A stretch of 48,313 bases of DNA from Cellvibrionaceae bacterium (GCA_047634655.1 JBLIHY010000001.1:1-48313), one strand, 5' to 3'. Shown: positions 27,399 through 38,583, counted from the first letter of the stretch. Notes: a model not told the origin generated them from the letters alone. Program-made: numbers and translations.

Positions 27399-27995
27399 TT
27401 GTCCTTCACCACAGCTTTACCCCGCTTGGTTCAAATGATTGATTCAATTCCTTTACTGCGGCAAAAATTGCGTCAGCGTCGTCGTAACTCAGGCCTAACT
27501 TGTCAACACCGTGCTTCCAAATGCCTAATGGAAGTTTTCCAGCACATGGATGAGTTTCGTCATAGTCGACGCCTGGCCCTGTACTTACCCAATGACGGCG
27601 AGCTGGATTGTCGGCAGTTAATTAAATTGAGTTGGGCTCTGGGTAAGCGTTGCTACCTGCCCGTCCTTTCTCATAATGAACTGGGCCCTCATCTGAATTT
27701 TGCCCTCCATCTGCCGGGAAGAATTTTGACAAAAAATCGCTATGGCATCCTTGAACCCGCCATCGCACATAAGCTATCGGCAGCATCTCTCGATTTGGTT
27801 CTGGTCCCGCTGGTGGGGTATGACCGTGCAGGGAACCGCCTGGGTATGGGCGGTGGTTATTACGATCGAACGTTTGCCCACCTAAGGGGTGCTGCGAAGC
27901 CCTTGCTTATTGGCGTTGCCCATCGCCATCAAGAGGTTAATCGGCTACCAGTACAGCCTTGGGATGTCCCTATGGATAAGATTGTTGCGGTTTGA
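27399..27995 (+). CDS. ygfA: 5-formyltetrahydrofolate cyclo-ligase
   Basis: LRQKLRQRR N-terminus plus GYDRAGNRLGMGGGYYDR and PWDVPMD motifs. The true start may be the ATG at 27438 rather than the TTG at 27399. Confidence 0.85.
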   Translation: MSFTTALPRLVQMIDSIPLLRQKLRQRRRNSGLTCQHRASKCLMEVFQHMDEFRHSRRLALYLPNDGELDCRQLIKLSWALGKRCYLPVLSHNELGPHLNFALHLPGRILTKNRYGILEPAIAHKLSAASLDLVLVPLVGYDRAGNRLGMGGGYYDRTFAHLRGAAKPLLIGVAHRHQEVNRLPVQPWDVPMDKIVAV

Positions 27996-28048
27996 GAGCG
28001 GCAAGCGGAATCACGATAGTTATAGTGCAATTTGCAGATTGGGGGTGC

Positions 28049-28351
28049 TCACCGCCGTAAGTTGGATAGTCTGATCTTGGGGCGCTTAGCTTCTCGTAAA
28101 ATAACGATGATTTTTCCAACTGCCTGGATAAGCTCTGATTGCGAGATTCGACAGATATCCGCGGTCAGTTGTTCGCGCGACTCGCGATCAGCAATCATCA
28201 ATTTGATTTTAATCAGTTCATGATCGTTCAGGGCTCTGTCGATTTCTGCTAATACCGATTCACTGAGGCCATTGCTCGAGATTGTCACAGTGGGCTTCAG
28301 AGAGTGTGCAATGGAGCGAAACCGCTTTTTTTGTTCATTCGTGGGTGCCAT
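28049..28351 (-). CDS. yhbY: Ribosome assembly RNA-binding protein YhbY (CRM domain)
   Basis: LKPTVTISSNGLSESVLAEIDRALNDHELIKIK and GKIIVILR. It is divergent from rlmE, as in other gammaproteobacteria. Start taken at the ATG at 28351. Confidence 0.88.
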   Translation of the reverse strand: MAPTNEQKKRFRSIAHSLKPTVTISSNGLSESVLAEIDRALNDHELIKIKLMIADRESREQLTADICRISQSELIQAVGKIIVILREAKRPKIRLSNLRR

Positions 28352-28446
28352 AATAATTCTCCAAACTAATTTCCTCATTATAAACGGTAAGCTTGATTGA
28401 TTACACGTGTACTTCCGTTGTGAGTATCCTCTGATCTATATCAATT

Positions 28447-29070
28447 ATGTCTCGTTCCAAAACCAGTAAAAGTTGGCTGAGAGAACATTTCAGCGATTCG
28501 TATGTCCGAAAATCTTTGCGAGAAGGTTATCGATCCCGAGCCAGCTATAAATTGTTGGAAATCGATCAAAAAGATCATCTGTTTCGCGAAGGTGCGGTGG
28601 TGGTAGATCTCGGGGCCGCCCCCGGTGGCTGGTCTCAGGTCGCCGCTGAAAAAGTGGGTCATCGTGGAACAGTAGTAGCTTCGGACATCCTGGATATTGA
28701 TGCGCTTTCCGATGTTCATTTTATTCAGGGCGACTTCACTGAAACTTCGGTCCTAGATCAAATTCTAATGGCTCTGGATAATCGTCCGGTGGATCTTGTG
28801 ATATCTGACATGGCACCCAATATAAGTGGCATGGCCGATATCGACCAGCCTAGGGCTATGTATCTAGTAGAGCTAGCGGTCTGTTTCGCTGAATCCGTGT
28901 TATGTGCCGATGGTACAATTCTTGTCAAAGTCTTTCAGGGCGAGGGTTCTGATACACTGCTGAAGTCCTTGCGTAAAAAGTTCAGAAGCGTATACATTCG
29001 AAAGCCTAAGGCATCGAGGGCACGATCCCGAGAAGTTTATTGGGTTGCCAAGGGGTTTCGTAGTAACTAA
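28447..29070 (+). CDS. rlmE: 23S rRNA (uridine2552-2'-O)-methyltransferase
   Basis: [34 protein letters not shown] and VKVFQG motifs. Confidence 0.95.
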   Translation: MSRSKTSKSWLREHFSDSYVRKSLREGYRSRASYKLLEIDQKDHLFREGAVVVDLGAAPGGWSQVAAEKVGHRGTVVASDILDIDALSDVHFIQGDFTETSVLDQILMALDNRPVDLVISDMAPNISGMADIDQPRAMYLVELAVCFAESVLCADGTILVKVFQGEGSDTLLKSLRKKFRSVYIRKPKASRARSREVYWVAKGFRSN

Positions 29071-29189
29071 GTCTAAACCACCATCACGGTGCCTTTTGTG
29101 TATCAATTAAATACTGTGCTGGCACTTGTTGAAACAATCGTTGATTAAGGTCTGTATTTCTAATTCATGAGGATATCCAATTGAACGAT

Positions 29190-31094
29190 ATGGCAAAAAA
29201 TTTGATCTTGTGGCTGGTCATTGCGGGAGTCATTCTGACTGTAGTCAATGGTTTTGACCGTTCCCCTCAAAACACAACGTTAACTTATTCCGATTTCGTA
29301 GCGGAAATTCAGGCTGGGCGTGTGAAGGAGGTAGCTGTCGACGGTCGTGAAATAACAGGTACTTATCAAGATAACACTAAGTTCATTACCTTCCGCCCGG
29401 AATTATGGGATGGCAAATTAATGGACGACCTGTTGAATAACAACGTCGAAGTGACGTCGCCAAAACCTCAAAAAGCTAGCCTTTGGAGGCAACTACTGGT
29501 AGCCAGCTTCCCAATACTGATCATTATTGCTGTATTCCTATTTTTTATGCGGCAAATGCAAGGAGGCATGGGTGGTCGTGGCAATCCTATGAGCTTTGGC
29601 AAGAGTAAAGCGCGGCTGCTGGGCGAAGATCAAATTAATATAACTTTTGCCGACGTTGCAGGTGTCGATGAAGCTAAGGAAGAGGTGCAAGAACTGGTAG
29701 AGTTTCTCCGCGATCCCAGTAAATTCCAACGCCTGGGCGGACGCATCCCCTGTGGAGTGCTGATGGCTGGCCCTCCCGGCACAGGTAAGACCCTACTAGC
29801 CAAAGCAATCGCTGGCGAAGCCAAGGTGCCTTTCTTTTCGATCTCCGGTTCCGACTTCGTCGAAATGTTTGTTGGTGTTGGCGCCTCACGCGTGCGCGAC
29901 ATGTTCGAACAGGCAAAAAAGAGTGCTCCCTGCATTATCTTCATCGATGAAATCGACGCTGTCGGTCGCCACCGTGGTGGTGGTCACGGCGGTGGTCATG
30001 ACGAGCGTGAACAAACTTTAAACCAGTTGCTGGTCGAAATGGATGGATTCGAAGCCAACGACGGCGTCATTGTCATAGCTGCCACCAACCGTCCAGACGT
30101 TTTGGATAAGGCGTTACTGCGCCCTGGACGTCTTGATCGTCAAGTACACGTCGGATTGCCCGATATACGCGGCCGGGAACAGATCCTTAAAGTACATATG
30201 CGCAAGGTGCCCTTATCGGAAGAAATCGATCCCTCTATCATTGCCCGCGGTACCCCAGGATTCTCCGGAGCAGACTTAGCTAACCTAGTCAACGAAGCGG
30301 CGCTGTTCGCCGCGCGAGCCAATCGTCGCTTGATATCCAACGAAGAATTTGAAAAGTCCAGAGATAAAATTCTCATGGGTGCCGAACGCAAAACCATGGT
30401 GATGAGCGAAAAGGAAAAGCAAAATACCGCTTACCATGAAGCAGGCCATGCCATTGTTGGACGATTGGTTCCGGAACATGATCCGGTCCATAAGGTTACG
30501 ATTATTCCTCGTGGACGAGCACTAGGCGTCACCCAGTTTTTGCCTGAGGAAGACAAATATAGTTTTAGTAAACGGGCCTTGGAATCGCAACTCTGTTCAC
30601 TCTTCGGAGGCCGTATTGCCGAGGAAATTACTCTCGGTAAAGACGGTGTCACTACGGGTGCCTCAAATGATATCGAGCGCGCGACACAACTGGCGCGCAA
30701 TATGGTAACCAAATGGGGTCTGACCGACGAACTGGGCCCACTCCACTACGGCGAAGAAGAATCTGCCATGCCGGGTATGGGTAAATTTGACTACTCCAGC
30801 GAGACTTCAAAGCGTATAGACGCCTCTGTGCGTAAAATCATTGATGAAAATTACAATCGTGCAAAAATCTTGCTCGAAGAAAATCGCGACATACTGGAAG
30901 CCATGAAAGATGCTCTGATGGAATACGAGACTATCGACTCTGAACAGGTCGGCGATCTGATGGATAGGAAACCCCCGCGTCCACCTAAAGATTGGCATAA
31001 AAATGAAAGCCCCACCTCCAGTGACGGATCTGTTGCAGATGATTCGTCTCCCGGGTCTTCAGATCCCATTGGCGATCCCGCTGAAAGTAACTAA
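29190..31094 (+). CDS. ftsH: ATP-dependent zinc metalloprotease FtsH
   Basis: [15 protein letters not shown]-terminus, Walker A GPPGTGKT, Walker [12 protein letters not shown] region, and the HEAGH zinc motif. ATG at 29190 is preferred over the TTG at 29181. Confidence 0.97.
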   Translation: MAKNLILWLVIAGVILTVVNGFDRSPQNTTLTYSDFVAEIQAGRVKEVAVDGREITGTYQDNTKFITFRPELWDGKLMDDLLNNNVEVTSPKPQKASLWRQLLVASFPILIIIAVFLFFMRQMQGGMGGRGNPMSFGKSKARLLGEDQINITFADVAGVDEAKEEVQELVEFLRDPSKFQRLGGRIPCGVLMAGPPGTGKTLLAKAIAGEAKVPFFSISGSDFVEMFVGVGASRVRDMFEQAKKSAPCIIFIDEIDAVGRHRGGGHGGGHDEREQTLNQLLVEMDGFEANDGVIVIAATNRPDVLDKALLRPGRLDRQVHVGLPDIRGREQILKVHMRKVPLSEEIDPSIIARGTPGFSGADLANLVNEAALFAARANRRLISNEEFEKSRDKILMGAERKTMVMSEKEKQNTAYHEAGHAIVGRLVPEHDPVHKVTIIPRGRALGVTQFLPEEDKYSFSKRALESQLCSLFGGRIAEEITLGKDGVTTGASNDIERATQLARNMVTKWGLTDELGPLHYGEEESAMPGMGKFDYSSETSKRIDASVRKIIDENYNRAKILLEENRDILEAMKDALMEYETIDSEQVGDLMDRKPPRPPKDWHKNESPTSSDGSVADDSSPGSSDPIGDPAESN

Positions 31095-31257
31095 ATACTT
31101 TCCACAGTAAAACGTCGCTAGTAGGCCGAGATAACTTGAACAAACAATTTAATGCCGAGGCTAACTTGGCTGCTAGCGACTACCGGTCAAATATCACTGT
31201 TTATACGATCGCTAAGCTGGTTTTTTCCGGCTACAAATTCGGGCGAACTTCAGAAAA

Positions 31258-32094
31258 ATGATTCACCGCCTGCTCAAGCTCTCGCGTCCGCGGCTGATGG
31301 CAATCGTCAACACAACTCCAGACTCTTTTTCCGATGGCGGTTCTTTATTTAATAATGGCAAGGTCGATGCAAACCGAGCTCGTGATCGAATTGAGAAACT
31401 GACTGCGCAGGGAGCAGAAATTATCGACATTGGCGGGGAGTCCACTCGTCCGGGAGCGAATCCCATCGGCTTGCAAGAAGAATTAGATCGAGTAATCCCT
31501 CTTGTAGAGTGGTCAGCTAAAAATATCGATGTAGCTATCTCAGTCGACACCAGTACTCCCGAGGTTATCGACCAAGCGGCCCGTTCGGGCGCGCACCTAA
31601 TCAACGATGTTCGTGCATTGAGCAGAGACGACGCTCTTGACGCGGTTGCTAAAGCGGGCTTACCGGTGTGTTTAATGCACATGCAGGGAACGCCAAAGAA
31701 TATGCAAACAAGTCCCGTCTACGAGAATGTATTGACGCAAGTGTCCACTTATCTCCAGGATAGAGTGCTTGCTTGTTTGAATGCGGGCATCCCGAGAGAT
31801 CACCTCTGGCTAGATCCAGGTTTTGGCTTTGGTAAAACACTCGAGCACAATTTAACTTTATTAACTCGTCTGCCCGAGCTGGTTGGGCTAGGATTCCCCG
31901 TGATGGTTGGATTCTCCCGAAAATCGATGATTGGCAAACTTCTAGCCCGTGAATTGCCCGACCGTTTGCCCGGAAGCTTAGCGCTAGCTATGATGGCTCT
32001 CGAGAGGGGGGCTAAGATATTGAGAGTGCACGACGTAGCCGCTACCCGGGATATTATCGACAGCTTTTTAGCTGTTACGGAGAATTCACGCTGA
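31258..32094 (+). CDS. folP: Dihydropteroate synthase
   Basis: MAIVNTTPDSFSDGG, IIDIGGESTRPG, INDV, DPGFGFGK and RVHDV motifs. Confidence 0.95.
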   Translation: MIHRLLKLSRPRLMAIVNTTPDSFSDGGSLFNNGKVDANRARDRIEKLTAQGAEIIDIGGESTRPGANPIGLQEELDRVIPLVEWSAKNIDVAISVDTSTPEVIDQAARSGAHLINDVRALSRDDALDAVAKAGLPVCLMHMQGTPKNMQTSPVYENVLTQVSTYLQDRVLACLNAGIPRDHLWLDPGFGFGKTLEHNLTLLTRLPELVGLGFPVMVGFSRKSMIGKLLARELPDRLPGSLALAMMALERGAKILRVHDVAATRDIIDSFLAVTENSR

Positions 32095-32169
32095 TTCGAT
32101 TGATGTTTCGGGTTGTCTGGAAATAGTTTTCTACTGGCGACTATGATTGTCAGTTAGATAGGAGAATTG

Positions 32170-33540
32170 ATGAAAAGAAAATATTTTGGTACGGACGGTA
32201 TTCGCGGGCGGGTAGGAGAGTATCCCATCACACCAGATTTTGTGCTCCGCCTCGGCTGGGCTGTCGGTAAAGTGCTCTCACGTTGCAATAAAGTAAATCC
32301 TCTAGTACTAGTTGGAAAAGACACCCGTATCTCTGGATATATGTTTGAGTCCGCTCTTCAAGCTGGACTCATCAATGCGGGCGTCGACGTCGGTTTGTTA
32401 GGCCCGATGCCCACTCCGTCGATCGCTTATTTGACTCAGGCTTTCCGCGCCAGTGGCGGCATTGTAATCAGCGCTTCTCACAACCCTTACTACGACAACG
32501 GTATTAAATTATTTAGCTCAAGTGGCTCCAAGCTATCGGATGAAACCGAGCTTGAAATCGAGGCTGAACTTGAAAAAACAATGGTCAGTGCGGAACAGCT
32601 GGGTAGAGCCCGGCGCATCGTAGATGCCAAGGGGCGTTATATTGAATTTTGCAAAAGCACCTTGCCCCGACGACTTCGGCTGAACGATTTGCACGTTGTT
32701 CTAGATTGTTCTAATGGAGCCACCTACCAAGTTGCGCCCAGTATTTTTGCCGAACTTGGCGCTAAAGTCGACGTTATGAATGCCGCTCCGGATGGATTAA
32801 ATATAAATAAAGAATGCGGTTCTACCTTTCCCGAAGCCCTGCAGGATAAAGTCGTCCAACTCGGTGCTGATCTCGGTATCACCTTCGATGGAGACGGGGA
32901 TCGCGTCTTATTTGTGGATCATAATGGCGATCTCGTAGACGGCGATGAATTAATTTACGTAATCTCTCTGGCACAGCACGCCTCACAAGGTTGCGATGGC
33001 GTTGTTGGTACGCAGATGTCTAATTACGGTCTGGAATTGGCCTTTGAAAAACTGGATATTCCCTTTGCGCGTGCGGGAGTGGGCGATCGCCAGGTCATCG
33101 AGATGATGAATGATAGGGGCTGGTCGATTGGCGGTGAGGCTTCTGGACACATTATCTGCGGTGATATGACGACTACGGGAGATGGTGTTGTTTCCGCTCT
33201 CCAGGTCGTTAATGCTCTGTATACTCTGGGAAAACCACTTGCAGAAGTCAGAAAGGCAGTGACCAAGCTTCCACAGGTGATGATTAATGTTCGCTTTGAT
33301 AAGCGCGTCGTGTTGAAAAAAAACACGATTATTGAATCCGCTGTCGCCAGTGCTCAGAAGGAACTGGCCAACAATGGCCGTGTTTTGCTGCGATCTTCCG
33401 GTACCGAACCAGTTTTTCGGGTTATGGTTGAAGGCAGAGATTTATCTCTGGTGGAAAATATCGCAAAGCGGCTGGCAAACATTGTCGAGCAGGAGCTTAC
33501 TGCTGAGTCCAACGCCTCTCTGAAGTTGACTAAACACTGA
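32170..33540 (+). CDS. glmM: Phosphoglucosamine mutase
   Basis: YFGTDGIRG and the active-site ISASHNP, plus FDGDGDR and GGEASGH. The ATG at 32170 follows a GGAGA Shine-Dalgarno sequence. Confidence 0.96.
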   Translation: MKRKYFGTDGIRGRVGEYPITPDFVLRLGWAVGKVLSRCNKVNPLVLVGKDTRISGYMFESALQAGLINAGVDVGLLGPMPTPSIAYLTQAFRASGGIVISASHNPYYDNGIKLFSSSGSKLSDETELEIEAELEKTMVSAEQLGRARRIVDAKGRYIEFCKSTLPRRLRLNDLHVVLDCSNGATYQVAPSIFAELGAKVDVMNAAPDGLNINKECGSTFPEALQDKVVQLGADLGITFDGDGDRVLFVDHNGDLVDGDELIYVISLAQHASQGCDGVVGTQMSNYGLELAFEKLDIPFARAGVGDRQVIEMMNDRGWSIGGEASGHIICGDMTTTGDGVVSALQVVNALYTLGKPLAEVRKAVTKLPQVMINVRFDKRVVLKKNTIIESAVASAQKELANNGRVLLRSSGTEPVFRVMVEGRDLSLVENIAKRLANIVEQELTAESNASLKLTKH

Positions 33541-33606
33541 ATAACAATAATTCGCTGCTCCGCCACCACTGCCGGAGCAATAACCTATCGCGGTAAGAGT
33601 TCGAGA

Positions 33607-34773
33607 TTAGTCGCGACGCAACTTATCGCTCACGGCGATGGGATTAGGTAGGTTAAAAATTACAATATAACTCGATATCAGAAAAGTCAGTATCGCTGTC
33701 GCTTGAATTAAGGTGGACGCCTTTTCGCTAATAATCGAGCCATTGAAAGCCACTAGGGCAATTAGTAGAGAGAATTCGCTGATCTGTCCCAAACGGAAGC
33801 CGATATCCCAGGCGAGGTCGGTATGTTCACTCTGCTTGCCGAGTAGTACTCGGAAGACCACGGGTTTCAACAGCAACATTGTGACGCCTAATACTATGAC
33901 GGCTAGAATGATCTCTCCCAAGATCATCAAGTTAAAACCGGCGCCAAGGGAAAAGAAAAACAGGATAAGAAAAAAATCGCGCAGTGGCTTCAAGTTAAGG
34001 GCAATATATTGAGCGATCGGGCTGGTAGCTAAACTGATACCGGCAATAAATGCACCGATCTCGGCGGACAGGCCCAACGCTTCACAGAGTTCGGCGATTC
34101 CCAGACACCAACCCAGCGCCAGCAGAAAGATATATTCGTGAAAGCGATCGTATTTGCTAATCAAAAATTGTAAAACGTAACGAACAAAACCCCAGCAAAA
34201 TAGAGCCACTAGGGGCAATGCGGCAATCGTGGCGCCTAGCTGCTTGACATCGATTTCGCCGAATTCTCCATTGAGTAGAATCATCAAACATAAGATGGCG
34301 AGAAAATCTTGAATCAGCAATAGACCGACCAGTAATTCACCGCTGCGACGATGATGAAGCACCGTAGTTGGCAAAAGCTTGATGCCAATGATTGTGCTCG
34401 AAAACATCATCGCCATACCAATCACCACACACTCGGCCGGCGAGTAGTTGAAGGCGAGACCAATAGCGTAACCGCACGCGGCGAAAATTGCCGAGCTGAG
34501 CAAGCCCACAGGCGTTACTTGTCTGATCACTGAAAATAGTGCTTTGGGCTGCATATCCAAACCCAGAAGGAATAATAGAAAAATAATACCGATGCGCGAA
34601 ATTTCTGCGATAAGATTAACGTTGGTCAACAATTGTAGACCGTGAGGCCCTATTAAGGCCCCGAGAACGATGTAGGCTACTAATAACGGCTGCTTCGTAT
34701 AGAGAGCCAAGGTGGCGATAACAGCTGCACCCGTGAAGATCAAAAAAAATGACTGAAGCAGAGAGGCTTCCAT
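33607..34773 (-). CDS. Cation:proton antiporter (CPA2/Kef-type membrane domain without an RCK/KTN domain)
   Basis: 388 aa with about 12 TM helices in a Na+/H+ exchanger-family pattern (GALIGPHGL, FLLFLLGLDM, AFIAGISLA). Confidence 0.85.
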   Translation of the reverse strand: MEASLLQSFFLIFTGAAVIATLALYTKQPLLVAYIVLGALIGPHGLQLLTNVNLIAEISRIGIIFLLFLLGLDMQPKALFSVIRQVTPVGLLSSAIFAACGYAIGLAFNYSPAECVVIGMAMMFSSTIIGIKLLPTTVLHHRRSGELLVGLLLIQDFLAILCLMILLNGEFGEIDVKQLGATIAALPLVALFCWGFVRYVLQFLISKYDRFHEYIFLLALGWCLGIAELCEALGLSAEIGAFIAGISLATSPIAQYIALNLKPLRDFFLILFFFSLGAGFNLMILGEIILAVIVLGVTMLLLKPVVFRVLLGKQSEHTDLAWDIGFRLGQISEFSLLIALVAFNGSIISEKASTLIQATAILTFLISSYIVIFNLPNPIAVSDKLRRD

Positions 34774-34879
34774 AAGAGTCCCATAATTTTTATTTCTTCA
34801 AGTTTAACAGCTCACCAATATTTTGGCAGTTTGAGTGCGGTATAAGACGCTATCTCTATTGAGGAATCAAAAATCCGAC

Positions 34880-35647
34880 ATGGCCAGTGAATATCATATT
34901 TTGATATACCAACAACAACTGGTTGTGGACGAGGCCAACAACTGGCTTCATTCGAGCCGCAGCCACCAGTTTTTACATTTGCTTTCTGGAGCGGAGTTCA
35001 TCGATGTCCACCGCAATAGCGATAGGATAGTTAAAGTAGTTGAGCTGATCGATCCAGTTGAAACTGGAAAATTTTTGAGCTATCGAGATCTTCTGGAGGC
35101 CCACCCTGAAGATCGGTTGGGTTTAATCAGTCGAGCCCTGCAATTACTGACCTGGAAAAAGCAGCATCGTTTCTGCGGTCAATGTGGACAAATGACCGTT
35201 ACTCATCAGCGGGAATCGGCTTTGGCGTGTCCTCAGTGCGACGCACTTTATTATCCGCGAATATCTCCCTGCATTATGTGCTTGATTGTTCGGGAGGATA
35301 GGTGTCTGTTGGCCCATCACCGGCGCCACGCCCAAAGCGTTTATTCCACCTTGGCCGGTTTTGTAGAAGCGGGTGAAAGTTTAGAGCAAACGCTGCATCG
35401 CGAAGTATTCGAGGAAGTTGGTCTCGGCGTATCTCGATTGGAGTACTTCCGTAGCCAGAATTGGCCATTTCCCCACCAGTTAATGGTGGGGTTTTTTGCC
35501 ACTTACGCGTCGGGTGATATTACTGTGGACGGTGAGGAAATCGTCGAGGCGCAGTGGTTTCATTATGGACATTTGCCGCAAATCCCACCGCCGGGGACCT
35601 TGTCCGGTCAGTTGATCAGCGAATTTGTCCGACGACGGCAAAATTAA
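34880..35647 (+). CDS. nudC: NAD(+) diphosphatase / NADH pyrophosphatase (Nudix)
   Basis: Zinc ribbon CGQCG...CPQCD, Nudix box GFVEAGESLEQTLHREVFEEVG, and NudC signature SQNWPFPHQLM. Start taken at MASEYHIL. Confidence 0.88.
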   Translation: MASEYHILIYQQQLVVDEANNWLHSSRSHQFLHLLSGAEFIDVHRNSDRIVKVVELIDPVETGKFLSYRDLLEAHPEDRLGLISRALQLLTWKKQHRFCGQCGQMTVTHQRESALACPQCDALYYPRISPCIMCLIVREDRCLLAHHRRHAQSVYSTLAGFVEAGESLEQTLHREVFEEVGLGVSRLEYFRSQNWPFPHQLMVGFFATYASGDITVDGEEIVEAQWFHYGHLPQIPPPGTLSGQLISEFVRRRQN

Positions 35648-35648
35648 G

Positions 35649-36264
35649 ATGGATAATTCCCGCGGCAATCATTCTGAACTCCTAGGTGTAATTCTTGCCG
35701 GCGGTAAAAGTAGCCGCATGAACAGCCGCGATAAATATACAAAGCGCCTGGGTTCTCTAGGTCTGTTGGAGCATGTGATCGGATGCTTGCAAAGCCAGGT
35801 CGATCAACTTGTTATCTCCGGTTCAAAAGGCTCTCCACTGGACAAATTTGGATACCTTGTTATTCCAGACACCATCCAGGGTTATCTGGGCCCATTAGTG
35901 GGCGTGCGAACATCGCTATCGATGGTTGGCTACTTGCCCCGGTGATTCTCCCTTTTCCCCCAGGGATGTCTTCAAGCAATTACATCGCACGGCTATTGAG
36001 AATCAATCAGTCGTCGCCATTGCCGCCAGCAATGGCCGTCAACACCCGGTTTTTGGGGTCTGGTCGACCAAATTGCTGTCTACCCTGCGGGATACTCTGG
36101 TCGAGACGGATATTCGCGCCATCGGTTACTGGGCAAAACTGCAACAAGCTCAGGTAGTAGAATTTCCGATAGTGAGCAGCGTGCATTGCCAGTACGATCC
36201 TTTTTTTAATATCAATACGCCGGAAGAATTGGCCTATGCCAATACCTTATATAGGCAAGAATAA
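35649..36264 (+). pseudogene. mobA: Molybdenum cofactor guanylyltransferase MobA, interrupted by a net +1 frameshift
   Basis: The N-terminal part (frame of 35649) carries LAGGKSSRM..RDK and GPLVG, then hits TGA at 35943-35945. The continuation WLATCPGDSPFSPRDV...HPVFGVW...FFNINTPEEL is in the +1 frame, which is open only from 35899. A single shift within 35899-35942 restores a full-length MobA (best guess about 35915-35925). Confidence 0.8.
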
Positions 36265-36364
36265 GCATGAATGCTGTCGTTGTTGAAGTGGGACGGATGA
36301 TCGAACGATTGCATGTCAGAGCGAACCCCGCTGATGGGGGTGAAGTTTGTTTTTGGCGGTTTTC

Positions 36365-38143
36365 TCAGTTTAATTCTTTAATGTCTATGGTTTCTGCTTT
36401 TTTAATATTCACTGGTACCGATTTAAAATTTGGCGTTTTGCTTCTGGGGTCGAGCGTACGCTTCGTGAGTATATTGGCCTCTGGATAATAGGCCAGCAGA
36501 TTGCCTGCGGGTAGTTGGTAGCTCTGGACAAGCAGATTCTGTAACTGGCCGTGGCTCGAGTAAGCCGTTACTTCATCTCCATTTTTCAGTGAAAGTCGTT
36601 CCATATCTTGTGTCGACATAAACAAGGTCAGCCGACCCGCATTGCAGCGATAACTGTCAGTCTCTTCGTAAACAATACTGTTAAAGTGACCTTCGCTACG
36701 GACACTGGTTTATACAAAGGGATATTGTTCCGTTGAGTTATTGACGATGGGAATGTCGTGCACCACAAAATGGGCCTTTTTATTTTCCGTATTAAACGAA
36801 GGCGTGTGCAAGATGCGATTGCGCACGTGAAATTCTTCTTTAGGCGACGCCGATATCCTTTAATTTCTCCAGGCCAGGGATTGTGTTGGCGATAGTTTCG
36901 CGCAGAGTATCGTGGTTTTTAAGCTGACTAAAATCGACTTGTGAGTCAGGTAATAGTTGCTTGCCAATATCCGCCAAAATGGAGATTTCCGAGCGAACAT
37001 TACTCAGGCGTTCAATGCCACCGTCACTCAAGCGAATATAGTTAAACATAGACTCTTGAGTCGTGGATTGTTCTTCTTCATCCCGGGCGGCAACCGGCAA
37101 TATCAAAACATCGCCCTGGTCGATGCCCTCGATGTGGCCGCGATTCAAAGTTGTAGTTAAGAAAAGTTTAAAATCAATATTGTCGAGGGCAGTTTTCGCC
37201 ACTCCGAGTCCGGAGTGGCGCTGTAGAGATTGCCACCGACAATACAGGCGCAATCGATATTATTTTCATGGGCGGCTTCCAAGCAATGGAAGGTATCTAA
37301 GCCTTCAGACTTGGGCAAACTGACCTTTAATTGTTTTTCTATTTTTTCAAAAACTGAATCTGCCAGTACCGGTTTCACGTCAATGGAGCCAATCCCTTGA
37401 ACATTGCTGTGACCGCGGAGTGGTAACAGATCGCGATAACGATGGCCAACCATGCCGCGCAGCAAAGCCAGGTTGGCAATATACACCACGTTTTCACAGC
37501 CGAACCGATGATGTGTCATGCCCATACCCCAGGCAAACACGGTATTTTTTGACTGGCTGTAGAGCTCTGCGGCTTCAACGATAGCCTCGCGCTTAAGTGA
37601 ACAAGCGGCTTCAATGTCGTGCCAATGAGTTGTCTCAATGTCTTGCTGAAATGCAGAAAAGTTATCGCAGTAGTTCTTGATGAAATCCAAATCCTGGGTT
37701 TGCTGCTCAAAATGGCTTTAGCAATACCCTTAAATAAGTCGATATCACTGCCAATATTAGGTTGTAGGTACAACGAGGCGATTTCTGTTCCGCCGCTGAT
37801 CATGGAAAAGGCACTTTTCGGAACCGAAAATTTTACTAGCCCAGCTTCCTTAGCGGGATTAATAACGATGACTTTACCGCCGCGATCGCGACAGTTTTTA
37901 AGTTGGTAAATAAAACGAGGATGGTTGGATGCGGGATTGGCGCCGATAACAAAGACCAGATCACATCCGGCTAAATCGTCTAACTCCACTGTGGCGGTGC
38001 CAGTGCCAATGGTAATACTCAACCCGACACTGGTAGCCTGGTGACAGTAGTAAGAGCAGTTGTTGAGTTTTTCAGGCCAAGACGTCTAACGGTATTTAGA
38101 GTGTAGAGAACTTTTTAGGGCCGCCGCCAACAATTTTTTTCAT
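36365..38143 (-). pseudogene. FdhF/YdeP-family molybdopterin oxidoreductase, heavily degraded
   Basis: Collinear fragments on the minus strand sit in four different frames: a 15-codon stub MKKIVGGGPKKFSTL* (38143-38096), NNCSYYCHQATSVG..VIGANPASNHPRF (38085-~37708), GMGMTHH..PLRGHSNVQG..IVGGNLYSA (~37708-~37202), LTTTLNRGH... (~37202-36843), and the C-terminal MGD-binding-domain-like part (36841-36365). The last fragment has an in-frame TAA at 36710-36712. The N-terminal Fe-S region (about 170 aa) is missing. Confidence 0.8.
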
Positions 38144-38583
38144 AAGAGTAGATAAGCCGGGTTGTTATTATCTATTTAACTCGCTTTGGCGCACGCTGTA
38201 CTACTTATGTAGTGCATCGGGACTAGCCATATGGCAGAGTTTTAAGCAATATGAAAAGCACTGGACTGTCTTCAAGCTTGCTGTTGCCTCTGAGCGCTTA
38301 CTCAACACGTAGCGCCACCACCGCTTGCGCTATCGCATATTTACTACACTACGATTTTCCCATTAACAAGCTAGGATCGTAGGTAAGTTGCATTCAAGAC
38401 ACAACTTTAACCACCATCAGTTAGTGGTGGCATCTCTTCGGCAGTGTCTCGGCCTGACATTAAAACTGGTCTAGCCCCTAGGTAGTAAGAAGTTAGCGAC
38501 GACCGCCCCTTTACTAAGTAAGGGTTATCCCCAGCTCCCCAATTTGAATGGATAGCCTTGGTAAATTATCCATATCAATGGTT

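Noticed and set aside
33556-33579. 7-bp hairpin (TGCTCCG...CGGAGCA) between convergent glmM and the CPA2 antiporter, as a bidirectional terminator
   Set aside because: The stem is short, the loop is 10 nt, and there is no U-tract on either strand. That is too weak to call as a feature.
35899-35945. Programmed +1 ribosomal frameshift in mobA
   Set aside because: There is no RF2-like CUU-UGA slippery or stop context with an upstream internal Shine-Dalgarno sequence. The adjacent client enzyme gene is also destroyed, which favours pseudogenisation (or a sequencing error) over recoding.
36267-36488. Plus-strand ORF of 73 aa. Also the other antisense or overlapping ORFs in the track, for example 180-449, 6075-6380, 13675-13941, 14108-14554, 21924-22358, 29630-29944, 31263-31682 and 33024-33326.
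   Set aside because: All lie antisense to, or out of frame within, strongly supported conserved genes or the pseudogene. They show no recognisable motifs.
38144-38583. Molybdenum-cofactor riboswitch or another known structured RNA upstream of the oxidoreductase pseudogene
   Set aside because: I could not recognise the conserved Moco-motif core or RNase P, tmRNA or SRP signatures by eye. The question is left as a covariance-model check in the findings.
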